This document shows, piece after piece, positions 48,473 to 61,700 of a DNA stretch of 64,000 nt; the first letter of the stretch is position 1; each line of letters begins with the position of its first letter. Made by a program: the position numbers and the translations under genes. The DNA is from Antedon mediterranea (lineage: Eukaryota > Animalia > Echinodermata), in the NCBI RefSeq assembly GCF_964355755.1, contig NC_092670.1, positions 16,664,795 through 16,728,794 on the forward strand. Reading direction: 5' to 3'. Under the pieces are notes generated by a model. The model was not told the origin of the DNA, ran no database searches, and was given only the letters and a program-made list of their open reading frames with translations.

Positions 48473-51400
48473 GTAAGTATATAGGATTCCCAGTATATAG
48501 ACCTAATAGGCTGTATTGTTTGGGTGTTCTATTGTTTGAAGGTTTGCATGGCGAAATCAATTGTTGATATAAGTTTGCGTACACCACGTATATTAGTTCT
48601 GAAAATATATATTCTATATATATATATATATATATATAGACCTACAAAATAAAATACACTGCATATTAATTTTGCTGTTTAAGTTTTACTATTTAAAATA
48701 AAAACGAAATATTGCTGAGGGTCCGAAATGATCAGCAAATGCTGAATAGATCACCCTCATTAAATATGGTTAAAATAAAAAATATAATAAAAATTATAAT
48801 GTAACACCTCCAAACTCTCTAATATCGGACAGGATGTAGAACATGATCCATCCCACGTTTATTTTGGGTTTAAATGGAGGATCCTTTTAATAGCAAAATT
48901 AGTACTCCGATCAAAACACAATTTCATTATACAATATTGTATTTCTCAATGATTATTATGTAGGGCCTACTATAATTTCTTCACCGTTAGTTTTAATTCC
49001 TCCTCTATAGGCCTATGCATAGACTGCTTTACATGAAAAACGATGAACATACATTTGGGGGAATTATAAAACTAATAAATCGATTATTTGTTTTAAAATA
49101 CTGTACACCAACTTAATTAGCTTATATTATAATGTAAACACAAAGAAGAGTGAAATTACCCTCTTCCCTGGTAAAATATAACACAATTTAAACAACATGT
49201 AAACATTATTTACAATCAAAATGAAAACTAACTCTCTTCCCTAAGAATTACTTAAAAAAATAATAAATAAATATATCAGTGTTTCTTTTGTCAATTATTT
49301 TCTTTCTATTTTTGTCCTGTCATTAATATACTTTTAACTTCAGTAAACTTATTTAAGAATTCACGCATGAGGCTTAGACTTGAATGACACGGACATAACA
49401 CAGGCGTAGTTGGGTGTGGTAGATTACTGTACTTTAATTAGGGCCTTTAGTAAAATTCAATAGTTCATTAGTGCGTTAATTTGTATTTTTAGGTGACAAA
49501 TGCGTGGGGTTGATTTTGCATATCTAATTTAACTTGTCATGAAATAATTTTAATATTTCACAAAACCACGTTACGCGCGCGTTGGCCACATGAAGTGTAC
49601 CATGATGCCAAATAAGGAACTGGCCGGAATTATTTGATAAAACTAAAAGAGAGGAATTTTAAAACGACAAAGTTTACAAAAAACATCATTTTACAAAAAT
49701 GTAACACGAAATGGTTTACAGTGAAGATTGAGAACAGAGAGAAATTGAAGTGAAATAAAGGAATAATGACGATATTAATAATTATGACATTATAGGTATA
49801 TTGATTAATAATATTGTCATGATAATTAATTTATTATTCATTTTCCTATTACTTGTACATTATAATGTATATTAGCAATGACATAATACAATGTAATAAA
49901 TAATATTGTACAGTATGATATGTATTTGTGTTATTCTATTTCTTGAAATAGAATAATCACATTGAGTATTCGTGTTGGTGTTTTAAAAGCCGCTGTAAAA
50001 TACCTATACAAATCAATGATTTTATTATAGTGTGTCAACAAGTTGCATTCTTATGCTAATGACTGTTTCCCATCCACGGCTTACCAATCAATATCTAATT
50101 TCATAAATGCGCTCCGTGTGTGTGAATCATTATATAGGCACAATACACACTGTGTATAATATGCAAACCTAGAAGACTATATAATCATTCTAAAACCTTT
50201 CTTAATTTACATAATAATACAAACAAGGTTTATGACATAGAATTATAGAGTTTCACAATTATTAGCAATGAAGCGCCATGTGGGCCTAATATTATGAAAT
50301 ATATTTTTACTAGTTGCTATAATATGGCTTCAAATTGTCGAAATTTTCAATTTTGTTGAAACTATGCTAAATAGCCTACAATGCAAAATGGATCTGATCA
50401 GTCGGGCAGCAAAGTGGTTGACCTCGCGAATTATTACCAAATCAAAATTTGAATTGCCGCCATCTTGGAATCGCGATAAAGCAAGTAGTGCGGAATTACA
50501 AAATGCAGCAAAAAAAAATGTCAATAACATTTAAATAGCATATTCATACAATTAAATTTATATTAATAAAATTCAACTAAGGATTTTACGAAAGATAGGC
50601 TACTTAAGAAATACTGCCGAGATCGGTTCCCCCACACGGCGTAGGGTACCGCAGTGCTAAAGGGCCTAGGTAGGAAAAAATCTGATTTTACCTGTTAAAC
50701 ATGCTTGAACCAAGGCCATTTTAATATATATTATCCAGATTATATATCAAAACAAACTGATAAAAGGATTTGTTGATTTGCTTCTGATGAGAAAAGTGCC
50801 GGATTCATTTCGCTGACGGCGAATGAATACAGGAATTTTCGCCATTTTCTAGCACTAGCCTTGGGTACCCAGACAGCTGATAACGATTATATTCGATTGT
50901 CCAGACGTCTCTGCTACTGGTGCTCAATACTACAGTATGTATTACTATGGACCTATAGGTCCATGGTATTACTGTACATATAGTACTGTATGTTTAGTTT
51001 TTGCTTTCTTTATGGCAAAATAAATATTTAATTTTTATTATTGCTTATTTTGCTTTAACTTTATCCAAGAAGAAGTAAATATTATTATATATATGCATAT
51101 TACAGTCAAGTTGCAACTGCCACGAATCCACTCCACTTTGGTTACTAACTAAATAATTAATAGTATAACATCATAACTAACAAACAAATTAACAAGTTAA
51201 TAAATTAACCACCATTAAATAATTTTATTTACAAAAAAGTATTTTACATACAGTATAACAACATGTAATATCATTTACATCGAAGTAAAATATGCCTATA
51301 AAACTATCTTGCTCAGGCTAAAATATCAAGTTATATATGTCAATATTTGAGTTAAATCATCGCGATAATAAAAATTTTTATTTTTTTTTTATTTTTAAAG

Positions 51401-54400
51401 ACATCTGTTACGTACATCAATTTACAAATATCAAAATAGGATTGTTTTTGCAGCACAAGATGAATCACAAGTCGGATAGTTTATTCTTAGAAACCTGAAA
51501 GAAAAAAAAACACCAATAATGAGCTATTCATAGTTAAATAATTTTAATGTCAACTTTAGTCATCCTAAATTTTGTCGCCATGATCACTACTATACACAAT
51601 ACTGTATATATAAATATCATATGTACGACCATCCAAATTACCTCATCCTACCTACAGTCCTTCCTAGCCTAGGCTACATTATTGTCATATATTTACAAAC
51701 CTCCAACAGCCACAACGTATTTTCTTTTCTTTGGCAAAGAATTTCCCGTAATATAGTCCTAAATTAATTAAATAAAAAGGTCTAGGCCTAGGCCTTTCTT
51801 TAAATATCCGACGATATATATCCATAATCCAGTGGATATAGATTCAACATTTTAAACATAATAATAATATGGCTTCACATTGATTATAATAAGTCGGCGA
51901 TATGCCACTAAAAACTAGCCTGCGGCCCTCTCTATCCGCCTACAAATAGCACTGGGTTTCCGTCAAATGGGCTAGGCCTAGCCTAGGCCTAGATAATACT
52001 ACAAGTTGGGTACATTTTTTTACAACCAAATAATCTACAATTATATTGCAATATTTACCAAACTAGCAGTAAATCCAAAATAATAAAGCTACTAATAACA
52101 TATTTTGGTATATTAACTGGTTTAAAAACGGATTGCACATAGTGATTTTGAAGGATTGAAATTACTCAACCACACGGCCTGTACTAAACATACGAATCCA
52201 AGATGGAGTCTGCTTAGAATATATCCCCAGCTTTGAACGGATATTGAATCCGTCCCACAAGCTGAACCAAGCTTAAACTTTCAGAAAAGATAGATTAATA
52301 ACCTAATAACTAACCACTAAGTTTTTATAAAGGTTCCGTGCTGATGAGAAAAGTGCCGGATTCCCTACGAAACCAAACAAATAAATCATGTAGCCTACCT
52401 CAACGAACACCTCCATCTGCACTTTTTTCTGCAATAAGCTCTGTCGTCCTTTCCTGGGCTATTTATACCAAAATTTTGTGGCGGGAATAATCTTCCATAT
52501 TAGGAGTAACAATTTCCAAATATAGAAAGATATAATTTAACCCGGATGGTGGAAATTGCAGCAGATTTGTAAGGGTATTCCCATGCAAAATGCTTGCCGC
52601 GAAGTGAAAAGCGAACCGGAAGTCACTATAACTTGGCGATGCTCAGTGACCTGCGCAGTTAAAAAACAGCGTTTTAACGGTTAAATGAGCACTTTGCTGC
52701 TCGACTGTGATCGGCCCTTTAAAAAATCATCATGCAGCAAATAAAGCTTGGTTTTCACTATTATGACGTAAGCGCAACACAAGTAATAATTTGACCAATC
52801 ACGACGCGATGAATGCTTGAGGTGTGCTTGTCCCTTGCGTTGCGTTCTAGAGTGGGAACAAAGCTTAAAAGAGAAACAGTACAAACATGCTACAGTAGCC
52901 TCGGTGCCTCATGCATAGGCTAATAATAAAGATGGTATCATAAACTTATTAAAAACTAAATTGGCAATTTCATCATTTGCCATTTATACAAAATTACACA
53001 TTTATTATTATCAAAATTATTGACAAATCATATGTAGCATAGGCCTAGACAGTATTTAGATTTAGGTGCTATAAGTTTAGGTAACTTGAGTATAGCCTAC
53101 GCCATCTTGTAGTTGTGTACATAGAATCACAACCGTACAATACGACTCCTTGACACCATGCTCTTTCAAAACGATATTGTATGCTCAATAATTTTAAAGG
53201 TTTATCATAACAATAGCCAATGCTTAGTTGCCATGGAAATGTATAAACACAGTTTCTATACCCTTTGTGTATTATTCCGTGATATAAACAAGAATACTAG
53301 ACCTACTATTACTACTACAATAACATGTTAAACCGATGTTGTAGCTGTTCAAATGACTTGAGGAGTGAATTAGAGCAAAATAAATGTTATAGGCCTATAT
53401 TTATCATATACACCGCGGCCATTCCTTTAATAGTCCTTAATGTTGCCCTACTTTAATTATAATTAGGTTGAAGATGTTTTTTATATTAACACAAATTGTA
53501 TTTTTATTTTATAGCATTTATTTTTAATTACATTTGAATGGCTATTCTTGATTAAAATCAATTTTCTCTCCTTCTCATTTTTGCATCATTTGCATGCCAT
53601 AACGCAAAACGTGAAAACTGCCCTCAATTTTCAAACAGACGCCGATAAATGGCGCGGCGTTTAAAATGACTTTCTGAAGCAATAAAAATGGTTAGGTAGG
53701 CCCCTAGTCTGGCTAAACTAACTAGGATGTTTAATATTAGGCTATCTAGATCTATAGGCTAGTCCAGGTACTGTGCTGTGTGTGACTGACTGAGTCCCCG
53801 GCCGTGTGTGAATATGAGATAGGCCTAGCTAGTGGGTAGCACGCCTAGGGCCTAGCTAGGCTACTAGGCTACTAGGCTAGGCTTAGGAGCCTAAGCCTAG
53901 GGCCTAGCTAGTAACCTAGCCTAGGCCTACCCTATATCTAGGCCTAGCCTAGGGCCTAGCCCTATAGGCTAGGCATACTAGTAGAGGGCCTAGGCTAGGC
54001 CTACCTAGCTAGGTAGGCCCGGCTATAAGTATAATGCCATATTAATGGCATGTCTATTAGGTAGTATTATATGATGGGCTTCCTGTCCAGCTAGCTAGGC
54101 AGGCAACAACCAACCAGACCTTGCTTGATGACGAGGTAGGCCTAGGATAGGCCTAGGCCTACTTCCATGATCCCTTCCATGATGCATGGTTCAGATTAAT
54201 AAATACAACTTTAGTTAGGCCTGGCCTAGCCTAATATGATAATACTAGGGAGCCTAGTCTAGGCCCTATAGCTAGGCCCTGTCAATCTACTTAGCCTCTT
54301 CTTAGTCTTAGAGTTATGCTATGTGAATGCACTTGTCAATTGTATGACCCCCCTCTAGGCCTAGCCTATACGACCCCCGGGAGTGGTCATTTTATAGGGC

Positions 54401-57400
54401 CTAGGCTCTAAATACAAATAATCCCCTATTAAAAATGCACCCTGTATTGTGGGATAGCCTAGCCAACCGTTTGTTGTGTATCATGTTAACTTAATGTAAT
54501 ATTTTTATATTTCTATAGAGTGTTCAAGTGGGCCATGTCAGAATGGAGCAGCTTGTGAGGAAGCGGCTAGTGCATACATTTGCAAATGCCAATATGGGTA
54601 TATGGGAACAAACTGTGATCAACAGACAGGTATTGTGACATTTCAATTCAATACAGTTTATTTTTTTACACTGAAAGCTACGCCTAGAGCAGTAGTATGT
54701 GCTTGATTTCAATTAATTTGTATTGGTCACACAGTTATTTTCAATATATATATAGTGATAGTATACATAATAGTCAGCGCACCTCAATCTCTTGAGATTT
54801 ACAAAATTTAAAAGCATTCACCAGCTGTGCCGCCGTGATGGTGAGTGTGAATGCCCAGTGATTTAAAGTTAGGTGTAAAAGTACAGTAGTATTGGTAGTA
54901 TAGTCAACTCTCCCAATACCAGACACCTTTCCGGTATCCCTCCAAAATGATCCTGCCTGTGTTCAAGTACAATACCCTAAAGCAAAGACTATATATCAAA
55001 AAAATGAGTAATCCTCGATTTTTGCATTAGAAATTTGTAACAGAGAGTGATGTACACAGACTAAAGAAGACTTGATTTAAATAACAAACTAGTGTACATT
55101 CACTTCTACAGAAAATGATTTACCACCATGCTAAATTAATTCACAAAGAAAGGCCAAACTAAATTATTGTCAAATAACTATCAGATTATTTATTGTTATT
55201 ATTATTTCTCATTTATAAAGGGCAAGATTGTGGAACAAACAATTACCTACCGACTGGTACTATTACTTCAGAGAATTTTCCCCAAAATTATGATGATGAC
55301 AGAACCTGTATTTATCTTATTCGCGTATCAAAAGCACAAAGAATTGTGTTTTCAATAACTGCATTTAGTACAGAAAAAGACAAGGATTACTTTGAATATG
55401 GCTCAGGCGGCACAGCAGATGTTAATATTGCAATTGCACAGTTTTCAGGTAACACAGCATTGCCAAATGAGTCTCCTTTTACGTTACCTTTTGAATTCAT
55501 AATTATTGATGACTCGGCATGGATTTCATTTAAGACAGATTTTAACAATCCACGCACAGGATGGAGCTTAACTTATTCAGCAGGTATGGAGCATTCTGTT
55601 TATGTTTGTTTATTCACTTTTTAAAAAATAAAAAATATATTTAAGATCTTGCTACGTGCTTTATTTATTTATTAGTGAGTGAGTGGCCGAGCGGTTAAGA
55701 CAGTGGAACCGTAATTACGTAGCCATAACATCGGCAGGAGTTCGAGACTCACTCACTCCATGGTTCTGGTGGTAGAACAAGTCATCTCGGATAAGAACTA
55801 TAAACCGTAGGTCCTGTGTACACATCTAGTTTGTGTGCACTTTAAAGAACCTAGTACATCTTTCGAGATGAGTAGGGGGTTACCCCGGTGTATTAGTACA
55901 TCACAGCCACTGATCACCAACTGGGCCCTCTGGGAGACCAGTCTTTGACTGAAGAGGTTACTCAGTATAAATATATATTTCAATTATTTCAACATAATTA
56001 AAACCCACCCAAAAAATCTTCTTTATATAATAGCCTCCTAGTTTTCTTTATCTTACATATATCCTAGTACCTTTGTGAAAATTGATGCATGAAGCAGACG
56101 ACACCCACCCCCAATCCCCGGCAATGCTCGTCTTTATATTAATAATAATAATATCCTGCATTTACTGTATATAGCGCGTAAGAAACCTATTACCCCAGTC
56201 ATTTATTTTTATCAAACACGTATGGAAACATACTCCCATAATACAGCTAGTAATCAGCGAAAAGTTGTGTCTACCTGGGTGGAGAGAGGCAAACGCAAGT
56301 ATCTTGCCTAAGGATCCAAGCAATGCGGCGAGAGTTGGATTCGAACCTCGATCTCACGATCAGTAATCGAACGTCCAAAACACTGCGCTACGCTCCCTAA
56401 TAATATTAATAATCATATTTAAAGCATCTTTGCCTCGTCTGTTTTTAACCTCACGCTATGGCCTTGCTACCTACAATTGCCATTGTTCACAGAGTATAGA
56501 CACCTTTCAAACTAAAAATGGAACATTCAGGTGGTACTGTAGCGCTGCGGACATATAAACGTCTCCCACACATGACATCATTTTTTATTTCAGATCTTGA
56601 TGACTGTCTGATTGGTCCTTGTCTGAATGGAGGCATCTGCAATGATGCAGAGTTCTCATATTCTTGCACATGTGCATCTGGTTATGAAGGCGACACCTGT
56701 AGAACAAGTAAGTAAATTGATATACTGGACATTTTAAACAGTTAAATAAATGAAGAAATATATGAGACATACCTTAGTATGGTCCATGGAGCCTGGTTAT
56801 GAAATTTGGCTTTGACTATACTATACTATGCATTAACAATGTATTTATCTAAGAATTGTGCCAGATTTTAATATTCTTGAGTATAAGTTTTCCTTCCTTC
56901 CAGTCACTTTTAATTAATCATTATTGTAAATTAAACTTCTCATAATTTCGATACCATTGTTATTCCTTGTTTAGACACACAGGAGTGCTTGTCAAATCCA
57001 TGTCAGAATGGAGCTCAATGCATAGATGGGTTAGCCATGTATTCATGTGTTTGTGCACCAGGATGGACAGGGATTAACTGTGACATTGGTATGTATTTCA
57101 GTAGGAGAAAGGGGGTTGGGGCAGAAAAATTAGTCCCATGATGCATCACTGTTGGTGATATATTATACCACCAACAGTGATGTATCTATTGGGACTAAGC
57201 GGTATATCTTTATAGTCATTTAAATTAATATATATCTGAATACAACTTTAGCTCTATAAGTATAGTTAAAAAAAGTAACTGGATTGAATTTAATAGGAAA
57301 TATACAAATAGTAATACACAAGCATCACCAAATAATGAATAGAATATTATATTAATGCTTGGTTCTGTGCCATGGGGCTGAGGTGGGGCAAACTTGAATT

Positions 57401-58347
57401 TGGCCGACATGGTTTAGGGCTGACTTGACCGGCACCATTTTAAATGAATGATGTATTTAAATCGTAACAATTTCTGCTTTTTTTTAGATGTCAACGAATG
57501 CTCATCAAGTCCATGCTTGAACGGTGCTAACTGTGTTAATGGAGTCAATCAATTTTCTTGTACATGCCTACCAGGCTACGAGGGAACTCTATGCAATACC
57601 AGTAAGCTTATTCTTTATTATGATTACAGTATTATCAATCTTTTTAAAATCATATATAATCATTAGAATGCACATACAATGGAATGCTTTGTTGCATTGA
57701 CTTTATTTATTTACATATCTTTGTTTTTGTTCTATGAGCTCTTAGATTAAGATTTTTTTTTCTCTCTTTTGCTATGGATATTATTATGTCACCATGATAT
57801 TCCGAAATAAAAAGATAAATGAAAAAAAATGAAAAGATGTGTTGTCCCCCAAAAACATGAAAAATGAAGAAGACTTTAAATAGGCCATTTTGTAGTTTTA
57901 ATAAAGTTATTCACTTCTGTAAAAACAACAAAAAGAACAAACTATACAAATACATGTGCAAAATGCACATACACAAAAAAGACAAAAGAAACAGTTATTT
58001 TTAACCAAAAACTATTGTTTGACAGACAATTTAAGCATTTTTTTGCTTTATATTAGTTATTACATTTTTTTCAGGTAAATAATTTTTTTTCCATCCAGTT
58101 TCGTGACATTAAAATGATATATTAAAAGAAAATGTGGAAACAATTTTTTTTTATGGAGACAATATATCTTTAAGATTCTTTCTGAAATGGGCATCTCAGA
58201 TTAAATGTATGTTCTCATTTGCTACTTATGTAGATACTAATGAGTGTCAAAGTCAGCCATGTCAAAATGGTGCAAATTGTGGTGATGGCATCAATCAGTA
58301 CACATGTTCTTGTACATCAGGATGGACTGGTACTTTATGCAATGTTG
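48376..58347 (+). CDS. Fibropellin-like protein (signal peptide, EGF, CUB, EGF repeats), 3' incomplete
   Basis: Phase-1 exons 48376-48472, 54519-54629, 55221-55583, 56594-56707, 56975-57088, 57488-57601, 58234-58347. The SP-EGF-CUB-EGFn order is that of sea-urchin fibropellins. No stop codon or avidin-like domain is seen in the window. Confidence 0.85.
54519..54629 (+). CDS. EGF domain exon
   Basis: [32 protein letters not shown]. Confidence 0.9.
55221..55583 (+). CDS. CUB domain exon
   Basis: CG...[22 protein letters not shown]...[11 protein letters not shown]...ISFKTD...GWSLTY. Confidence 0.92.
55673..55980 (+). mobile_element. tRNA-derived SINE
   Basis: A box TGGCCGAGCGG and B box-like AGTTCGAGACT; near-identical inverted copy at 40530-40837. 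Confidence 0.85.
56185..56397 (-). mobile_element. Second tRNA-derived SINE family
   Basis: Head gggagcgtagcgcagtg...ggttcgaatcc followed by a ccttaggcaagatactt...ctctccacccaggt body. Confidence 0.6.
56594..56707 (+). CDS. EGF domain exon
   Basis: [16 protein letters not shown]...[12 protein letters not shown]; 114 nt. Confidence 0.92.
56975..57088 (+). CDS. EGF domain exon
   Basis: [35 protein letters not shown]; 114 nt. Confidence 0.92.
57488..57601 (+). CDS. Calcium-binding-type EGF exon
   Basis: [36 protein letters not shown]; 114 nt. Confidence 0.92.
57835..58170. mobile_element. Decayed copy of the TTAA-family MITE
   Basis: agatgtgttgtcccccaaaaacatgaaaaatgaaga...gacaatatatctttaa, shared with the copy at 28024. 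Confidence 0.65.
58234..58347 (+). CDS. Calcium-binding-type EGF exon
   Basis: [35 protein letters not shown]; 114 nt. Confidence 0.92.
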
Positions 58348-58782
58348 GTAAGTTGGTCTATTTTATACACTTATTACTTGCTTTGTTCCTATAACACTAG
58401 GATAATACAGCAATTGAATTGGCTGCAGTTGCTACTGTGTAACATGATGGGACCAAACCCTATTGTAGTAGTCACACAGGCTATTCACCCCTTACTCTCC
58501 CCGATGCCTACTTAATTTGGAGCACTACATTCCTGAGGTGGGTCTTCCAAGGAAAGTCAATCAGGATGTGGTACCATTTAATTAGTCATCCTTCCTGTCC
58601 CCTTATTATAAATATTAGTTCGGATATTGATTCTTGAGACTATAACATCAGTCAGAATCACTACATTTTCACATTGTTTTATAATCTTACTTTTGATTGA
58701 ATAAATATTATATTTTGTACATTGAATACATTTTTAACATCGTTATTGTCCTGGCCCTCGACACGACTACCGTTACAACCTG

Positions 58783-61700
58783 GAAGCATCACCTGTTCAG
58801 GAGCTGTAGGTTTCATATGCTCTGAGCTACAAGCATCATTTTGTTGTTTAACTGCTGGCAACACTTGTCCAGCAGCAGCTGCAAGCATCAATTGTTCAGG
58901 AACTGTAGGTTCCAAATGTTCTGAACTACAAGCATCATTTTGTTGTTTAGCTGCTGGCAACACTTGTCCAGCAGCAGCTGCAAGCATCAATTGTTCATGA
59001 ACTGTAGGTTCCAAATGTTCTGAACTACAAGCATCATTTTGTTGTTTAGCTGCTGGCAACACTTGTCCAGCAGCAGCTGCAAGCATCAATTGTTCATGAA
59101 CTGTAGGTTCCAAATGTTCTGAACTACAAGCATCATTTTGTTGTTTAGCTGCTGGCAACACTTGTCCAGCAGCAGCTGCAAGCATCAATTGTTCATGAAC
59201 TGTAGGTTCCAAATGTTCTGAACTACAAGCATCATTTTGTTGTTTAGCTGCTGGCAACATGTCCAGCAGCAGCTGCAAGCATCAATTGTTCATGAACTGT
59301 AGGTTCCAAATGTTCTGAACTACAAGCATCATTTTGTTGTTTAGCTGCTGGCAACATGTCCAGCAGCAGCTGCAAGCATCAATTGTTCATGAACTGTAGG
59401 TTCCAAATGTTCTGAACTACAAGCATCATTTTGTTGTTTAGCTGCTGGCAACACTTGTCCAGCAGCAGCTGCAAGCATCAATTGTTCAGGAACTGTAGGT
59501 TCCAAATGTTCTGAACTACAAGCATCATTTTGTTGTTTAGCTGCTGGCAACATGTCCAGCAGCAGCTGCAAGCATCAATTGTTCATGAACTGTAGGTTCC
59601 AAATGTTCTGAACTACAAGCATCATTTTGTTGTTTAGCTGCTGGCAACATGTCCAGCAGCAGCTGCAAGCATCAATTGTTCATGAACTGTAGGTTCCAAA
59701 TGTTCTGAACTACAAGCATCATTTTGTTGTTTAGCTGCTGGCAACACTTGTCCAGCAGCAGCTGCAAGCATCAATTGTTCAGGAACTGTAGGTTCCAAAT
59801 GTTCTGAACTACAAGCATCATTTTGTTGTTTAGCTGCTGGCAACACTTGTCCAGCAGCAGCTGCAAGCATCAATTGTTCAGGAACTGTAGGTTCCAAATG
59901 TTCTGAACTACAAGCATCATTTTGTTGTTTAGCTGCTGGCAAAACTTGTCCAGCAGCAGCTGCAAGCATCAATTGTTCAGGACCTGTAGGTTCTAAATGT
60001 TCTGAACTACAAGCATAATTTTGTTGTTTAGCTGCTGGCAACACTTGTCCAGCAGCAGCTGCAAGCATCAATTGTTCATGAACTGTAGGTTCCAAATGTT
60101 CTGAACTACAAGCATCATTTTGTTGTTTAGCTGCTGGCAACACTTGTCCAGCAGCAGCTGCAAGCATCAATTGTTCATGAACTGTAGGTTCCAAATGTTC
60201 TGAACTACAAGCATCATTTTGTTGTTTAGCTGCTGGCAACACTTGTCCAGCAGCAGCTGCAAGCATCAATTGTTCAGGAACTGTAGGTTCCAAATGTTCT
60301 GAACTACAAGCATCATTTTGTTGTTTAGCTGCTGGCAACACTTGTCCAGCAGCAGCTGCAAGCATCAATTGTTCAGGAACTGTAGGTTCCAAATGTTCTG
60401 AACTACAAGCATCATTTTGTTGTTTAGCTGCTGGCAACACTTGTCCAGCAGCAGCTGCAAGCATCAATTGTTCATGAACTGTAGGTTCCAAATGTTCTGA
60501 ACTACAAGCATAATTTTGTTGTTTAGCTGCTGGCAACACTTGTCCAGCAGCAGCTGCAAGCATCAATTGTTCATGAACTGTAGGTTCCAAATGTTCTGAA
60601 CTACAAGCATCATTTTGTTGTTTAGCTGCTGGCAAAACTTGTCCAGCAGCAGCTGCAAGCATCAATTGTTCAGGACCTGTAGGTTCTAAATGTTCTGAAC
60701 TACAAGCATAATTTTGTTGTTTAGCTGCTGGCAACACTTGTCCAGCAGCAGCTGCAAGCATCAATTGTTCATGAACTGTAGGTTCCAAATGTTCTGAACT
60801 ACAAGCATCATTTTGTTGTTTAGCTGCTGGCAACACTTGTCCAGCAGCAGCTGCAAGCATCAATTGTTCATGAACTGTAGGTTCCAAATGTTCTGAACTA
60901 CAAGCATCATTTTGTTGTTTAGCTGCTGGCAACACTTGTCCAGCAGCAGCTGCAAGCATCAATTGTTCAGGAACTGTAGGTTCCAAATGTTCTGAACTAC
61001 AAGCATCATTTTGTTGTTTAGCTGCTGGCAACACTTGTCCAGCAGCAGCTGCAAGCATCAATTGTTCAGGAACTGTAGGTTCCAAATGTTCTGAACTACA
61101 AGCATCATTTTGTTGTTTAGCTGCTGGCAACACTTGTCCAGCAGCAGCTGCAAGCATCAATTGTTCATGAACTGTAGGTTCCAAATGTTCTGAACTACAA
61201 GCATCATTTTGTTGTTTAGCTGCTGGCAACACTTGTCCAGCAGCAGCTGCAAGCATCAATTGTTCAGGAACTGTAGGTTTCATATGCTCTGAGCTACAAG
61301 CATCATTTTGTTGTTTAGCTGCTGGCAACACTTGTCCAGCAGCAGCTGCAAGCATCAATTGTTCAGGAACTGTAGGTTCCAAATGTTCTGAACTACAAGC
61401 ATCATTTTGTTGTTTAGCTGCTGGCAACACTTGTCCAGCAGCAGCTGCAAGCATCAATTGTTCATGAACTGTAGGTTCCAAATGTTCTGAACTACAAGCA
61501 TCATTTTGTTGTTTAGCTGCTGGCAACACTTGTCCAGCAGCAGCTGCAAGCATCAATTGTTCATGAACTGTAGGTTCCAAATGTTCTGAACTACAAGCAT
61601 CATTTTGTTGTTTAGCTGCTGGCAAAACTTGTCCAGCAGCAGCTGCAAGCATCAATTGTTCAGGACCTGTAGGTTCTAAATGTTCTGAACTACAAGCATA

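Noticed and set aside
55673-55770. tRNA gene
   Set aside because: The tRNA-like head is followed by a body repeated elsewhere in the window, so it is a SINE.
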